Of a stretch of DNA of 64,000 bases, positions 11,643 to 22,454 are shown in pieces (position 1 is the first letter of the stretch; each line of letters begins with the position of its first letter). Origin of the DNA: Picochlorum sp. SENEW3. Its lineage: Eukaryota. The notes below the pieces were generated by a model. It made no database searches. It saw only the letters and a program-made list of their open reading frames with translations, and was not told the origin of the DNA. The DNA lies in the NCBI GenBank assembly GCA_034226945.1, contig CP120454.1:1-64000 (forward strand). Reading direction: 5' to 3'. Made by a program: the position numbers and the translations under genes.

Positions 11643-12840
11643 TTCCGTATTTTCGAGAAATCCTCCTGCCAAGATGCACACTAGCCACCAGTTGTCACCC
11701 AAGCTTCACCCTCCAATCTACCCTTGCTCTCCCCGGATCCGACTCATTTCAAAGATGCACATATATTCAACATACCATTATAAAGCATATATCAAAAATG
11801 CAGAAATGTCTTTTTCCGTATTTTCGAGAAATTCTCCTGCCAAGGTGGACACTGGCCATCAGTGGTCACCCAAGCTTCACCCTCCAATCTACCCATGCTC
11901 TCCCCGGACACGACTCATTCCAAGAATAGATATATATTGTACACACCATGAAGAAGCATATATCAAAAATGCAGAGATGTCTTTTTCCATATTTTCGAGA
12001 AACCCTCCTGCCAAGATGCACACTGGCCACCAGGGGTGACTCAAGCTTCACCCTCCAATCTACCCATGCTGTCCCCGGGTACGACTCATTTCAAGAATAG
12101 ATATATATTATACACACCATGAAGAAGCATATATCAAAAATGCAGGAATGTCTTTTTCCGTATTTTCGAGAAATCCTCCTGCCAAGATGCACACTAGCCA
12201 CCAGTGGTCACCCAAGCTTCACCCTCCAATCTACCCATGCTCTCCCCGGATACGACTCATTCCAAGAATAGATATATATTATATGCATCATTATAAAGCA
12301 TATATCAAAAATGCAGAAATGTCTTTTTCCGTATTTTCGAGAAATTCTCCTGCCAAGGTGGACACTGGCCATCAGTGGTCACCCAAGCTTCACCCTCCAA
12401 TCTACCCATGCTCTCCCCGGACACGACTCATTCCAAGAATAGATATATATTGTACACACCATGAAGAAGCATATATCAAAAATGCAGAGATGTCTTTTTC
12501 CATATTTTCGAGAAACCCTCCTGCCAAGATGCACACTGGCCACCAGGGGTGACTCAAGCTTCACCCTCCAATCTACCCATGCTGTCCCCGGGTACGACTC
12601 ATTTCAAGAATAGATATATATTATACACACCATGAAGAAGCATATATCAAAAATGCAGAAATGTCTTTTTCCATATTTTCGAGAAATTCTCCTGCCAAGA
12701 TGCACACTAGCCACCTGTGGTCGCTCCAGCTTCTCCCTCCAATCTACCCCTGTTCTCCCCGGATCCGACTCTTTTCAAGAATAGACATAGATTATATACA
12801 GCATGAAAAAGCATATATCAAAAATTCAGGAATGTATTTT
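11643..12840. repeat. Tandem repeat, 171-bp unit, 7 copies, with a 513-bp trimeric higher-order structure
   Basis: (G/A)TATTTTCGAGAAA at 11647, 11818, 11989, 12160, 12331, 12502 and 12673. Identical 61-aa antisense ORFs lie 513 bp apart. Confidence 0.95.
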
Positions 12841-13269
12841 TTGAGTTTGGAGAGAAATGCCCACTGAAAGAGTTTCTGTCACCTTGCCACGTCAGCATAT
12901 TTTGACATTCTGCGAGAAATGGCCTTTCTGTGTTGATTTGAGCTCTGAAACCTTTGTAAAGGGATAATAGTGCTATTTATATGCTCTGTGCAAATTTTGG
13001 GGCGCGAAGAATGCCCTGTGGAGGAGAAACTGACCATGGAGGTTGATACCCTACACTGATCCCTATACCCGGGACACTTTGTGGCGCCTTTTTTTTGTGA
13101 CGCTGTTTTCGGCATCTTAACGAAATAGAATATTCCAGATAAGGATATCATTGGATGCATAACAGAAAGATGTATCTTTTAATAATTTAAACGGCGAGAT
13201 CGGAGGTGTTTGAGGCTATCAAAGACCCCGAAAACCGTTTGACAGGTTCAATGATACTGGTATGTATAC

Positions 13270-13564
13270 CCACCAGATGAAGGTTTTCGTCTCAACTGTA
13301 GGGCATCAAGAATCTACCTGTGCCCTTTCTCACGGGATGCAACTTTTTAGCATATTGATACCATCAATATTGCTTCCGTTGGGACTCATTTCCATGGCTG
13401 AGTTTATTGAGTGTGGAATCTGATAGGGAGAAGGAAACTGAGACCTGCTAACAAATGTGGATCTGGGTCTAATTTTTTTGTACCCACCAAGGGTTGACAG
13501 CCAAGCGAGTGTTTCAGGTGAGATAGCCATTGTGACCCCATTCATAGCATCCTTGCTTCGATCC
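13270..13564. repeat. 295-bp direct repeat, left copy
   Basis: CCACCAGATGAAGG...CTTGCTTCGATCC appears identical to 14733-15027. Confidence 0.95.
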
Positions 13565-14079
13565 GATGCGTAGATTAAGGATTTCTGCTGTAACCATAAA
13601 AAAATCGGGATTTTCTTTAAATCGCGGCGGCCACCGCGGAATCTATTCCGAGCAAAAGATCCTCCCGATCGAATATTTGCGTCCGTGGCTGCGAGATTTT
13701 GCATTTCTCGCCGGCGGAGGTGCCGGGAGCGAGGGGCGGTGTCCGCCGATGTGCGCGATTTCCGGAAATGGGCCGAAAATCGCTCCCTCGCCAGGCCCCG
13801 AAATTTCCTCGCTCGGCCCCCGACGAAAAGATATTCCAAAAAAACTGGGCTGGGCTACGGTCCGGGCGGCAACGGGCGTTCCTGCCGGGCGGCCCAGCGC
13901 CGCAAAGGCGAGGTGCCGACACCTCCGAAACCAGCCTTCTTCACCTGTCGCGGCCTTCGGTGGGCCGGCCAATTCGCTCGATCGACCCACTCCCCAGAGT
14001 GCCCCCAACTTATTACGGAAACAGCAGTGCCAAAGAAGATGAAAGAAGATTTAATGAACAAGGACCTCTCAGAATCTCT

Positions 14080-14265
14080 GAGAACATCAGATCAATATTT
14101 CATGGACATTCAACAAACATCTAAGATCATCAGAGAACATGTGATCAACATCTGGGAGCATTTGATGAAGCTCTGGGAACATCCAAGATCATCTGAAAAC
14201 ACCTGACAAAGCTCTAAGAACATCAGAGAGCACCTAAGAGCATTTCATCAACATCTAAAGAGATG
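14080..14265. repeat. Degenerate ~10-11 bp tandem repeat (CATCTGAGAA-like)
   Basis: CAT/CAC/GCT anchors at 14118, 14128, 14138, 14149, 14159, 14180, 14190, 14200, 14211, 14221, 14231, 14241 and 14252. Confidence 0.75.
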
Positions 14266-14732
14266 AGGGAAGATTCGATGCAATTGCTCATGTTCAGAGT
14301 GATCAGTATAATCCTCAAAAAGCAAATGGTTACTGACATGGCACTGATTCTCATGAGGTGCATGAGAGGGTGCTGTCCTGTGAACACTTTGTCAGTCAAC
14401 ACAACTGCCCTGCATTCAGAGCATGTCCTCCGTCCGCCCCGACCAATATATGTCCCGATATTTTACTCATCGACCTCCAAGACCAAAATCAGGCAGCCCG
14501 GATTCTTTGAGCCCGGCGCGTATGATCAAATTCGGGGGAATTGCATTAGACCACAAAGTTATACATGTATTCCTCCAGAACAGATGGCTTTTTTGACTGG
14601 TCCAACTGTTGCAAAAAACAAATATTTTCATGGTATAGATGAAAAAGTCGGTTCATGAGTGCATTTAGCATGCAGAGAATGAATCAACACCGTCCAAAAG
14701 AGTGGCCGGATCTGAATTATTATCAGCAGGGA

Positions 14733-15027
14733 CCACCAGATGAAGGTTTTCGTCTCAACTGTAGGGCATCAAGAATCTACCTGTGCCCTTTCTCACGGGA
14801 TGCAACTTTTTAGCATATTGATACCATCAATATTGCTTCCGTTGGGACTCATTTCCATGGCTGAGTTTATTGAGTGTGGAATCTGATAGGGAGAAGGAAA
14901 CTGAGACCTGCTAACAAATGTGGATCTGGGTCTAATTTTTTTGTACCCACCAAGGGTTGACAGCCAAGCGAGTGTTTCAGGTGAGATAGCCATTGTGACC
15001 CCATTCATAGCATCCTTGCTTCGATCC
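14733..15027. repeat. 295-bp direct repeat, right copy
   Basis: Offset 1463 from the left copy. Confidence 0.95.
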
Positions 15028-16320
15028 TATTGATTGAAGACTCGTGTCTCGTTTGTGCTGGCTCACTTTCAGCACCTCCAGGCGAGAGAAGCCTCCGTCC
15101 TGTGATTTTGACTCCATACCTTCAATTGACCTCTCAGCACACCGATCATATGAGATAAAACAAAAGGATCGAGACAATCACGAATATCTGCCGAAACAAA
15201 AGGAAGGTATAGGTTGGAATGACATACATCCATACAGTGGGAAATAGAAGGCAAGAAGATTCAAGAATCAATCACACAGCGACCAAAGCGCCAAGAAATT
15301 CGCCTCTAAGAAAGAATAGAGCATTATCTAGAAGCGAAGGATACCGGATTGATGCACACCAAGCATTGCAACGAAAGGTATGACTGGAAGTGAGCAACTC
15401 TCAGGCACCCCAAAGGATCTCAGATGTATCACGGATACTGCGACCAAACGCTGATATACGAAGAACACAACACCTATCAAAATGATTCAGGAATCATATA
15501 TAGTATGATGAAAGGAATTAAAGGCGCTTAAGAGCAAGAAAACGGTGATGAGTGCTCCAACACACAGCAAACAAATTGCACGTTTAATTTCCTTGGGAAC
15601 GTTGAATCACATAGACCATATATTTGATCCATCATAATGATATAGTTTTCTGTAACTGCCTCGGGACTAGGGATATGGCATTGCCTTCAATATCGGTGCA
15701 CACTCGAAACTTCTACAGACCTGGCTACAGCTCTCTGTTGCTCAACACATCTGCCACGCATTTAGAGCACCTCTTCCGTCGGCAACGACCAACATATGTC
15801 CTCAAACTGCCCTGTTTCATGTTCAAGTCCACAAGCAAACACCCCGTATGGTTCGAACCATCTGTGTATGTCCAAATTTTTGAAGTATTCGCATCAAACC
15901 ATACGTTCAAACACATGGGCTGCACCATCCCATCTCGCATGAGGCTGGTCGGTCCAGAGACGCCCCAGAACGAATCCTCGAATCTATGTACGAAATTTGA
16001 TTTCAAGACACAGATCCCGATCGGGATCGATGAAAGGCAGGTACTCAAAGACAGCATCGCGGGAATGTTTTGAGTATGTAACTTTCACTGGAAATATGGA
16101 TAATTTGGAAGTGCAACACCTCGACAATTACATGATGTAATACAATCAATCTGTGTGGAGTCCGAGTGCAAAGTCAAATGACCATAATGTTACAGTCACG
16201 ACCAAAAAAAAAAAGTCTTTACGCAAGGAATACAAGACAAGGGCTGCCTTCTATCATGCAGCAATGGCCAAAAAAAGATGCCAAGAGCAATATACTCGCA
16301 ATTGCCTCACAGAACGCCAC

Positions 16321-16656
16321 CTAGTTAGGCCAGCATCTTCCTGCATATGTAGAGCTCTGGCCAGTGTAACGGACCCACTTGTATCCCTTCTTGTGCAAAT
16401 CGCATCTGCCACCCTCAGCGTTGGATTTGTACTCCCAGGCTCTGCACTTGTTCTTCCTCAGGCACCAGTCACGGCAGAAATCCCAATCGAACGGTGAAGT
16501 GGAAGGATCTGATGTTTTGTAGGATTTGCTCATGTACCTGTTTCCTCTCACCGCTCTTCCTTCCTGTCCGCTGCCACATTGCTTGTCACCTTTGACGAAG
16601 GCTGCCAAGAGCAACACAACCACGGCCAATCTCGCAAAGAAAGAAACTTTCATCAT
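16321..16656 (-). CDS. Small secreted PAN/Apple-domain protein
   Basis: Signal peptide MMKVSFFARLAVVVLLLAAFVKG; PAN-like Cys pattern CRDWCLRKNKCRAWEY...RCDLH...AGRC. Confidence 0.7.
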   Translation of the reverse strand: MMKVSFFARLAVVVLLLAAFVKGDKQCGSGQEGRAVRGNRYMSKSYKTSDPSTSPFDWDFCRDWCLRKNKCRAWEYKSNAEGGRCDLHKKGYKWVRYTGQSSTYAGRCWPN

Positions 16657-16963
16657 ACTGTTTGTTAAAATCTGTAAAACCCAATTGATTTGTCTTTGCC
16701 TTGAAACCGCATCGGGAACATGGCTGTAGTAGTAGATTTTGCCTTGCTGACGTCAGCAGAACGGGATGTAGTAGTAGGTTGTTGCCTTGGTCTCGTAGTG
16801 GTACGGTGCAAACCAGTCTTCGACCGGCACAAACTCTTCGATCTTTGGTTGGTCTCTGTCCAGAACAACCAGGACGCTGTTACAGCCATTACGACCAAGA
16901 CATTTACACAAAATACTGATAGATAGATAGATAGATATTAGAAATACATCAATGCCTTTGAAG

Positions 16964-17704
16964 TCAAAAGGCGTCCACCTGCGCTTCTTCCTCCAGGCTC
17001 CTCAGCCACACTTCATTGTGCCTCCCTTTCAGTCTAAATGGTGGATCATATCCCGCGAACAAAAACATCTCTGCGTCATATGACTTACCATCAGCATCCA
17101 AATCCTGTGCAAGCGTATTCACCATGTTGGCCACGCTCATATCGTCCATTCTATATCCACCAGTAGACCTGACAAACAACGTTGCTGCCTTCTTCGTTTG
17201 AATGTGCACATTCGGATCAGTCGGTTTCGGAGGATTATCCTGCAGCATACAAGTGTTGTAAAAGAACATGCGACCACAGTATTGCGCTACCATGAAATGC
17301 CAGCGACCAATCAGTCAATCAACACACACCTGGAATTCCTTTGGCAAGTAAAAGGACACCGTGTAGTTCTGCTTACAGAAAGGCCCGCATGAAGGTGCCG
17401 TTTCTATAGTCACAGGACTCGTCATCGGAATCTTCAGGCCAAGCTCGTTCCCTTCATCAATGTAACGAAACAGTCTCCGGAAACCGATTGGACCTGCCAC
17501 AGCGAACAAGTATGTTTCTATCGTTGTACTCACCCATGAGCCGTGTCTGTATCGTCTTGTCTCATATCTATCATTAGAATCCAATACTGAGAAATAGGGA
17601 CAATCCAAACCATGGCAATACCAGGGTTTCCCTGCCACGCGACTGTCCAAAGAATTCAACATGGCTAGCAGCAACCAGACCCACGTCGCCTTGGACACGC
17701 CCAT
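16964..17704 (-). CDS. SOUL heme-binding family protein, secreted (2 exons: 17704-17330, 17239-16964)
   Basis: YETRRY, GFRRLFRYI, KIPMTSPV and AGYDPPFRLKGRHNEVW motifs; a GT-AG intron joins the two ORFs in frame. Confidence 0.9.
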
Positions 17705-17928
17705 CTTGAAGCAATTCCTTACTCTTCTTATTTCATTAAATACTGCTACAAGTTGGTTACATCATCCATTCGTCTTGAAGAAATAACCGTTGGTTCCTTC
17801 TTTCGAGACAAAAAGAACATGGAAAAAAAAGACAAGAGATTTCATTCAAAAAAAGAGGAGGCATGCCGTACCATCCAAAACCATAGGAATCATGTGTATT
17901 CATAGACCAGGTCGATAGCAATGGGGGC

Positions 17929-18942
17929 ATGATTGCGAGGGGCAGGCTCAGCAGCTACGCTCTAGTCCCCAGCAGGTCTTTGCGCAGCAGGTCCAGGAAG
18001 GGCGTCCCACGGCGCGCAACCTTGTTCTTATGTCTCATAGGAATCATTTTGTTATATTCAGTGAAGAAGACGAGGAAATTATTCATGGATGTGTTGACAG
18101 GAGTCAGATACAGGCTGGATTCGAGTCTGAATGGAAGAACCGAGCCTGGGCCTCGTTGTTCCTTCGACAAAGGTGGTCAGGCTGCTGGGAAGAATGTTTT
18201 ATTGTCTTACATTCGAACAGATGATTACCTGCCCCTGGTGGAGCAGCTGCGCTGCTCGCTGAGAAAGAGCAATCCTCAGTTGGAGATGGCTCTCATGGTG
18301 GTGGACACTCTTTCTCCCAAGACGATCAGCGCATTGGAGGACTTGGGTATCCGATTGATATTTGTGGATGACTTGCAGTTCCCAAACAGATACGAGCCGA
18401 GGTTTAGGTACAATTGGCTGAAGATACGGGCATTTGAGCTGGAAGAGTATGATGGCATTGTGCTGGTGGACAGTGATACGGTGGTCTTGCGGGATATTTC
18501 GGAGATGTTTCGTATTCCTGCGCGTTTCGCAGCTGTATGCGATCAGGGAAATATGGTGCAGCAGGAGAAGTATGTCAGCCAAGAGTTTCAGGGTGGGGTA
18601 TTCTTCCTCAGGCCATGCAGCGCGGTGGCCCATCACATGCAGGAGATTCTGAGGACGCGACCGAAGATGCAGTTTTCCATGGGCAACGCTGAGCAAGAAT
18701 TTTTCACATGGTATTTCAGATACGAAGCTTGGACGCTCCCGTTGGCATACAACACCATGGTGGAGCCCTCCCTGGTGGGTGGTAAGGCCCTTGGGGGTGA
18801 CGAGGTCAAAATTTTGCACTTTACCCGGTACAAGCCCTTCCAGGGTAAACAGCAAGGCGTGCCTGGACATGAATTCCTGTGTACTGCGTCAGAAATACGT
18901 GACATGTATGGCTTTGCTGGTGATTCAAGAATGACTATGTGA
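17929..18942 (+). CDS. Glycosyltransferase family 8 (glycogenin/galactinol synthase-like), type II membrane
   Basis: N-terminal TM; WLKIRAFELEEYDGIVLVDSD (DxD), GGVFFLRP, AEQEFF, LPLAYN, ILHFT..KPF. Confidence 0.88.
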   Translation: MIARGRLSSYALVPSRSLRSRSRKGVPRRATLFLCLIGIILLYSVKKTRKLFMDVLTGVRYRLDSSLNGRTEPGPRCSFDKGGQAAGKNVLLSYIRTDDYLPLVEQLRCSLRKSNPQLEMALMVVDTLSPKTISALEDLGIRLIFVDDLQFPNRYEPRFRYNWLKIRAFELEEYDGIVLVDSDTVVLRDISEMFRIPARFAAVCDQGNMVQQEKYVSQEFQGGVFFLRPCSAVAHHMQEILRTRPKMQFSMGNAEQEFFTWYFRYEAWTLPLAYNTMVEPSLVGGKALGGDEVKILHFTRYKPFQGKQQGVPGHEFLCTASEIRDMYGFAGDSRMTM

Positions 18943-19737
18943 TTTTCCCTAATAAGAATGTCTTATCCATTGTAATATCGTTTCGACAGGAGTGTGCCCC
19001 ATTGTAAGCAATACTGGATGGGATAAGAGTGATTGGGAACATGTCGGGGTCTAATGTCCCAGGCCTGACGTCAGTGGATCGACACCGACAATCTCTCCGA
19101 TTACTGCGTCGCTTCTTCCTATTCCGACCTATATAACAATAGACAAAATCAATAATATTCCAGCGACTTGCCCACGTAGATCGGTGGTCCATATCGCTGT
19201 CATCCTTGTTCCTGTAGAAGCAGGAATACTGTGGCGGGTGCGTGGAGGACTGACGGCGTCTTTCTCGTGAGTTTGCTTATTATTGCTCAATTATTACAAA
19301 CCGTGGGTCGATTGTGCAGGCATTACGTCGACGCGTTTGCCGCCTTCTCAATAATTTTGCCCGCTTCCCGAATAATCTTTTGATGAAGCTCGAAGCCGGT
19401 CCTTGCCGCCAATAAATGAATATTTTGCAGCTTCCAAATAAACTTTATTGAATAAAACGTCTCTTTTTTGCTTGGGTTTTTGAGCAGTGGATTCAAGAGT
19501 ATCGATTTCCCACTGCCAAGTACATCATCATCCCACTGTGGACGCTACCTTTGTGCTCCATATTGCATTATCATTTAAAGAGGCTTTCGATCTTAAGAAG
19601 GAGAGATTCTCGAGATTTGAGGAAATCAAGGTGCGTGATATGCAGGAGTTCTGTCGCTGTGAAACTGTGTGCTGTACTCTCATGCTCCTCCTGGTATTGC
19701 AGAGACTATATATATTGCTCACGAATAAACTGCTACC

Positions 19738-20994
19738 ATGGTGATGGAAAGCATTGTTGTGAAAGAGGAGAAGAAGTTGGTCCGCTCTGACAAGAAAAAA
19801 TGTGGCAGTGTCTCGCAGCAGTCACTGAACTCGAGTGGGAGCAACAACTCGATTCTGCCTGGAACACCCCCGCATGCAGACGAGATTGAAGTTCCTGGGT
19901 CTGAAACAACTGTGCTCGAGTTCCAATCGCAAGAGGGTACACGTCTTTTCATCGGGAATCATGGACCATTGAGAACCGATCGCCCAGGGAATGGAGGAAT
20001 GAGGTTGCATTCTTACGACACCCACGACGAGGCAGTTGCTGACTGCGTTCGGCTTGCCGAGGGAATGACACGAAAGCATAGCATGTACCGCACTGGATTC
20101 AGTGGAGCAAAGATTGTTGTACATGCTGATGATATCGGGAAAGTGGACAAGGGGCAGCTCATGAAGGATGCTGCAGTCGCTTTGGAGTCTTTGCAGGGAT
20201 CCATCTACACAGGGTGTGATATGAACACAACAGATGATGATATGGAGACGCTGTCTCTCCTGTCACCATTTGTTCTCGCTGGTATCGGCTCCCGTGTTGA
20301 TACGAACCATGCTACAGCATCCTCTGTGATTGGCTCCATACTAGGGGCCCTGGAATCAGGAGGAAAGAGAATTGAGGATTGCCGTTTCCTTGTTCAAGGT
20401 TGTGGAAAAGTTGGATCTTTTGTCGCCAAAGAACTTGTGGCCCTGAAAGCAGGACATGTCATTACATGCGACATCAATGCCGAGAGGTCTGAGGTGGAAG
20501 GTTGTGAGAATCTTCTCACCAGGGCACCTGGAGAAAACTCGGATTGGAAGGTGGAACCATGTGACGTATTTGTCCCATGTGCAGGGTCTTTGGTCATTGA
20601 CGAAGCCGTTGCCAAAATTTTGAAGGCAAGTTTCATCATTGGCTCTGCTAATTCTCCATTTGCCTGCCCTAATGCCCGCAACATCACGGACTGTCGCGGA
20701 ATCTTTTTCGTTCCAGAGTCCATCTCCAGTGCTGGTGCAATCCTGGCAGATTCAATCGAATGGGTTGACCAGGACGCATTCAGGTCAACCTGTCCAGATC
20801 TTTGCTATAAATGGGTGCAACATGTCGCCAAGGAAAAGACAATTGAACTTTTTGATCAGGCCAATGGCGAGGCGTCAGCTGTTTCCCTGGTGATTGATGA
20901 GGTGGCCCATGACGAAGATGGACATCCCATGGGATCTACTTTTTCCAGCTGGAGGAACGACTATGAGAACAGTTTCCCATCAGAACAGGAATAA
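19738..20994 (+). CDS. Glu/Leu/Phe/Val dehydrogenase (leucine dehydrogenase-like)
   Basis: GGMRLHSY...DCVRLAEGMTRK, SGAK, VQGCGKVG Rossmann motif, DVFVPCA, IIGSAN; intronless. Confidence 0.88.
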   Translation: MVMESIVVKEEKKLVRSDKKKCGSVSQQSLNSSGSNNSILPGTPPHADEIEVPGSETTVLEFQSQEGTRLFIGNHGPLRTDRPGNGGMRLHSYDTHDEAVADCVRLAEGMTRKHSMYRTGFSGAKIVVHADDIGKVDKGQLMKDAAVALESLQGSIYTGCDMNTTDDDMETLSLLSPFVLAGIGSRVDTNHATASSVIGSILGALESGGKRIEDCRFLVQGCGKVGSFVAKELVALKAGHVITCDINAERSEVEGCENLLTRAPGENSDWKVEPCDVFVPCAGSLVIDEAVAKILKASFIIGSANSPFACPNARNITDCRGIFFVPESISSAGAILADSIEWVDQDAFRSTCPDLCYKWVQHVAKEKTIELFDQANGEASAVSLVIDEVAHDEDGHPMGSTFSSWRNDYENSFPSEQE

Positions 20995-21231
20995 CTTTTT
21001 GTTCAACATGTTGGTATTTCTTTTCAAAAGCAAAAGAGGAATCGAAAGTGATGAACGGAGGAAGGAAAACAAAATGCAAAAGTACAACAACATCCAAGAA
21101 GACATTTTGATAAGATTCGAATCTGCATGCGGCATGTTTGCACCAATTTTTTTCACCATTGTAAAATAAATTTACTCCAAGACGAGATCAATATTCTCTC
21201 AGAGGCTCCGCTGTGCACCGGAGCAGTGGCC

Positions 21232-22214
21232 ATGACAGCAGGGTCCACGCAGGTCCACCAAGCGTTGGCTGGCCTTGCTGCGGGTGCCACTACTGTGGCA
21301 TTCTTACACCCTTTAGATGTAGTCAAGACTCGATTGCAGGTTCAAGATGGCAGCGGGCCCTCTCCTGCGACGAGAGGAATGCTGGACATGGCCAGAACCA
21401 TGTGGGCATCTGGTGGAGTTCGCTCACTGTATGCAGGCACGTGCGACCGGAGTGGATTATATGTCATTTGTGTGTCACATCTGAAATTTACTCGAACGTT
21501 TATGCCTTGACAGGATTGTGGCCTTCCATGGTAGGTGCTGGAACTGCTTGGGGAGCGTACTTTTACCTGTATTCCCTGTCTAAGAGACGCCGATCCAGTG
21601 AAGAACGCCCTCTGTCCGATACAGACAACCTGTTAAGCGCCACAGAAGCCGGTGTAGCCGTGAGCGTGTTGACAAATCCAATCTGGGTTGTGAAAACAAG
21701 GCTGCAACTCCAGGACAAGGGGTCCTCCTATCATAAGGCTGGTGCCTCACCCCTCTACAAAGGCACGTTGGATTGTATCAAGAGAATTATTAGAGATGAG
21801 GGCGTCGCAGGGCTATACAAAGGGCTTCTCCCTTCTATCTTTCTGGTGTCTCACGGTGCTATTCAGCTGACTGTGTATGAGAAACTAAAGCATATTGGGC
21901 CTCCAGCTGGGGAATCCACACCGAAACAAGCCATGATCATTACAGAGGCGGGTATGCGCGGGGCATTCTCGAAAGCTGCAGCGACTATTGTGACGTATCC
22001 CTCGCAGGTGATGAGGGCCAGGCTCCAGCAGCGAATGGACACGAGGGATTTGAAGTACACAAGTTTGGTGAACACCTTCCTGCTCACAATCCGGAGAGAA
22101 GGCATCAAAGGCCTATACAAGGGTCTTGTGCCAAATCTTTTACGTGTCATGCCCCAATCGGGTGTGACTTTTGCAGTGTATGAGGCAGTTCTACAGGCAC
22201 TCGATCACTATTGA
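21232..22214 (+). CDS. Mitochondrial-carrier family folate/FAD transporter (FOLT1/SLC25A32-like); exons 21232-21436, 21514-22214
   Basis: Three carrier repeats: HPLDVVKTRLQ, NPIWVVKTRLQ, YPSQVMRARLQ; VSHGAIQ motif. Confidence 0.88.
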
Positions 22215-22454
22215 TCACAGGCAAACTCAAATAAATTGGCCATGGAGCATCTGGTCATGATGACCAGATTGCATTGCCGCGTATTTATTCATGTACATGC
22301 GTGTATACAAGCAAAATTTCTCTAAAAAAAATCTTTGACTGGCGTGGCAACCGCTCAGACAAGACAAAAAGAACACAGTTTTGTATTACCATGCGTTGAC
22401 GAGGTGGTTGCGTTTGATTGGAAAAATACACAGCAGTGAATGTAATAATAAACA

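Noticed and set aside
2853..12840. Arrays as CRISPR-like repeat-spacer structures
   Set aside because: Monomers are similar along their whole length with no unique spacers; the context is eukaryotic and there are no cas genes.
11643..12840. Primate alpha satellite or contamination because of the 171-bp period
   Set aside because: No recognisable alpha-satellite sequence or CENP-B box, and the array is attached to the local cassette core. The length match is probably coincidental or nucleosomal.
330..13000. rDNA intergenic spacer interpretation
   Set aside because: Sub-repeat organisation is reminiscent, but no 18S/5.8S/28S/5S sequence is recognisable in the window. It cannot be fully excluded beyond the contig end.
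13048..13075. CCCTACAC...CCCTATACCC as an internal copy of the terminal motif
   Set aside because: Too short (about 10 bp) to distinguish from chance.
178..13160. Many ORFs in the repeat region, including repeat-protein-like ORFs 2797..3459, 3524..4405 and 11458..12039
   Set aside because: They arise from low-complexity strand bias and unit lengths divisible by 3 (153, 171). No domain motifs are present and some monomers contain stops.
13270..15027. Canonical LTR retrotransposon
   Set aside because: No TG...CA termini, no visible TSD and no gag/pol coding.
15725..16057. YTDGS in the minus-strand ORF as an RNase H motif
   Set aside because: Other RNase H motifs are absent, and the paralogous segment reads YAPGS with stops in that frame.
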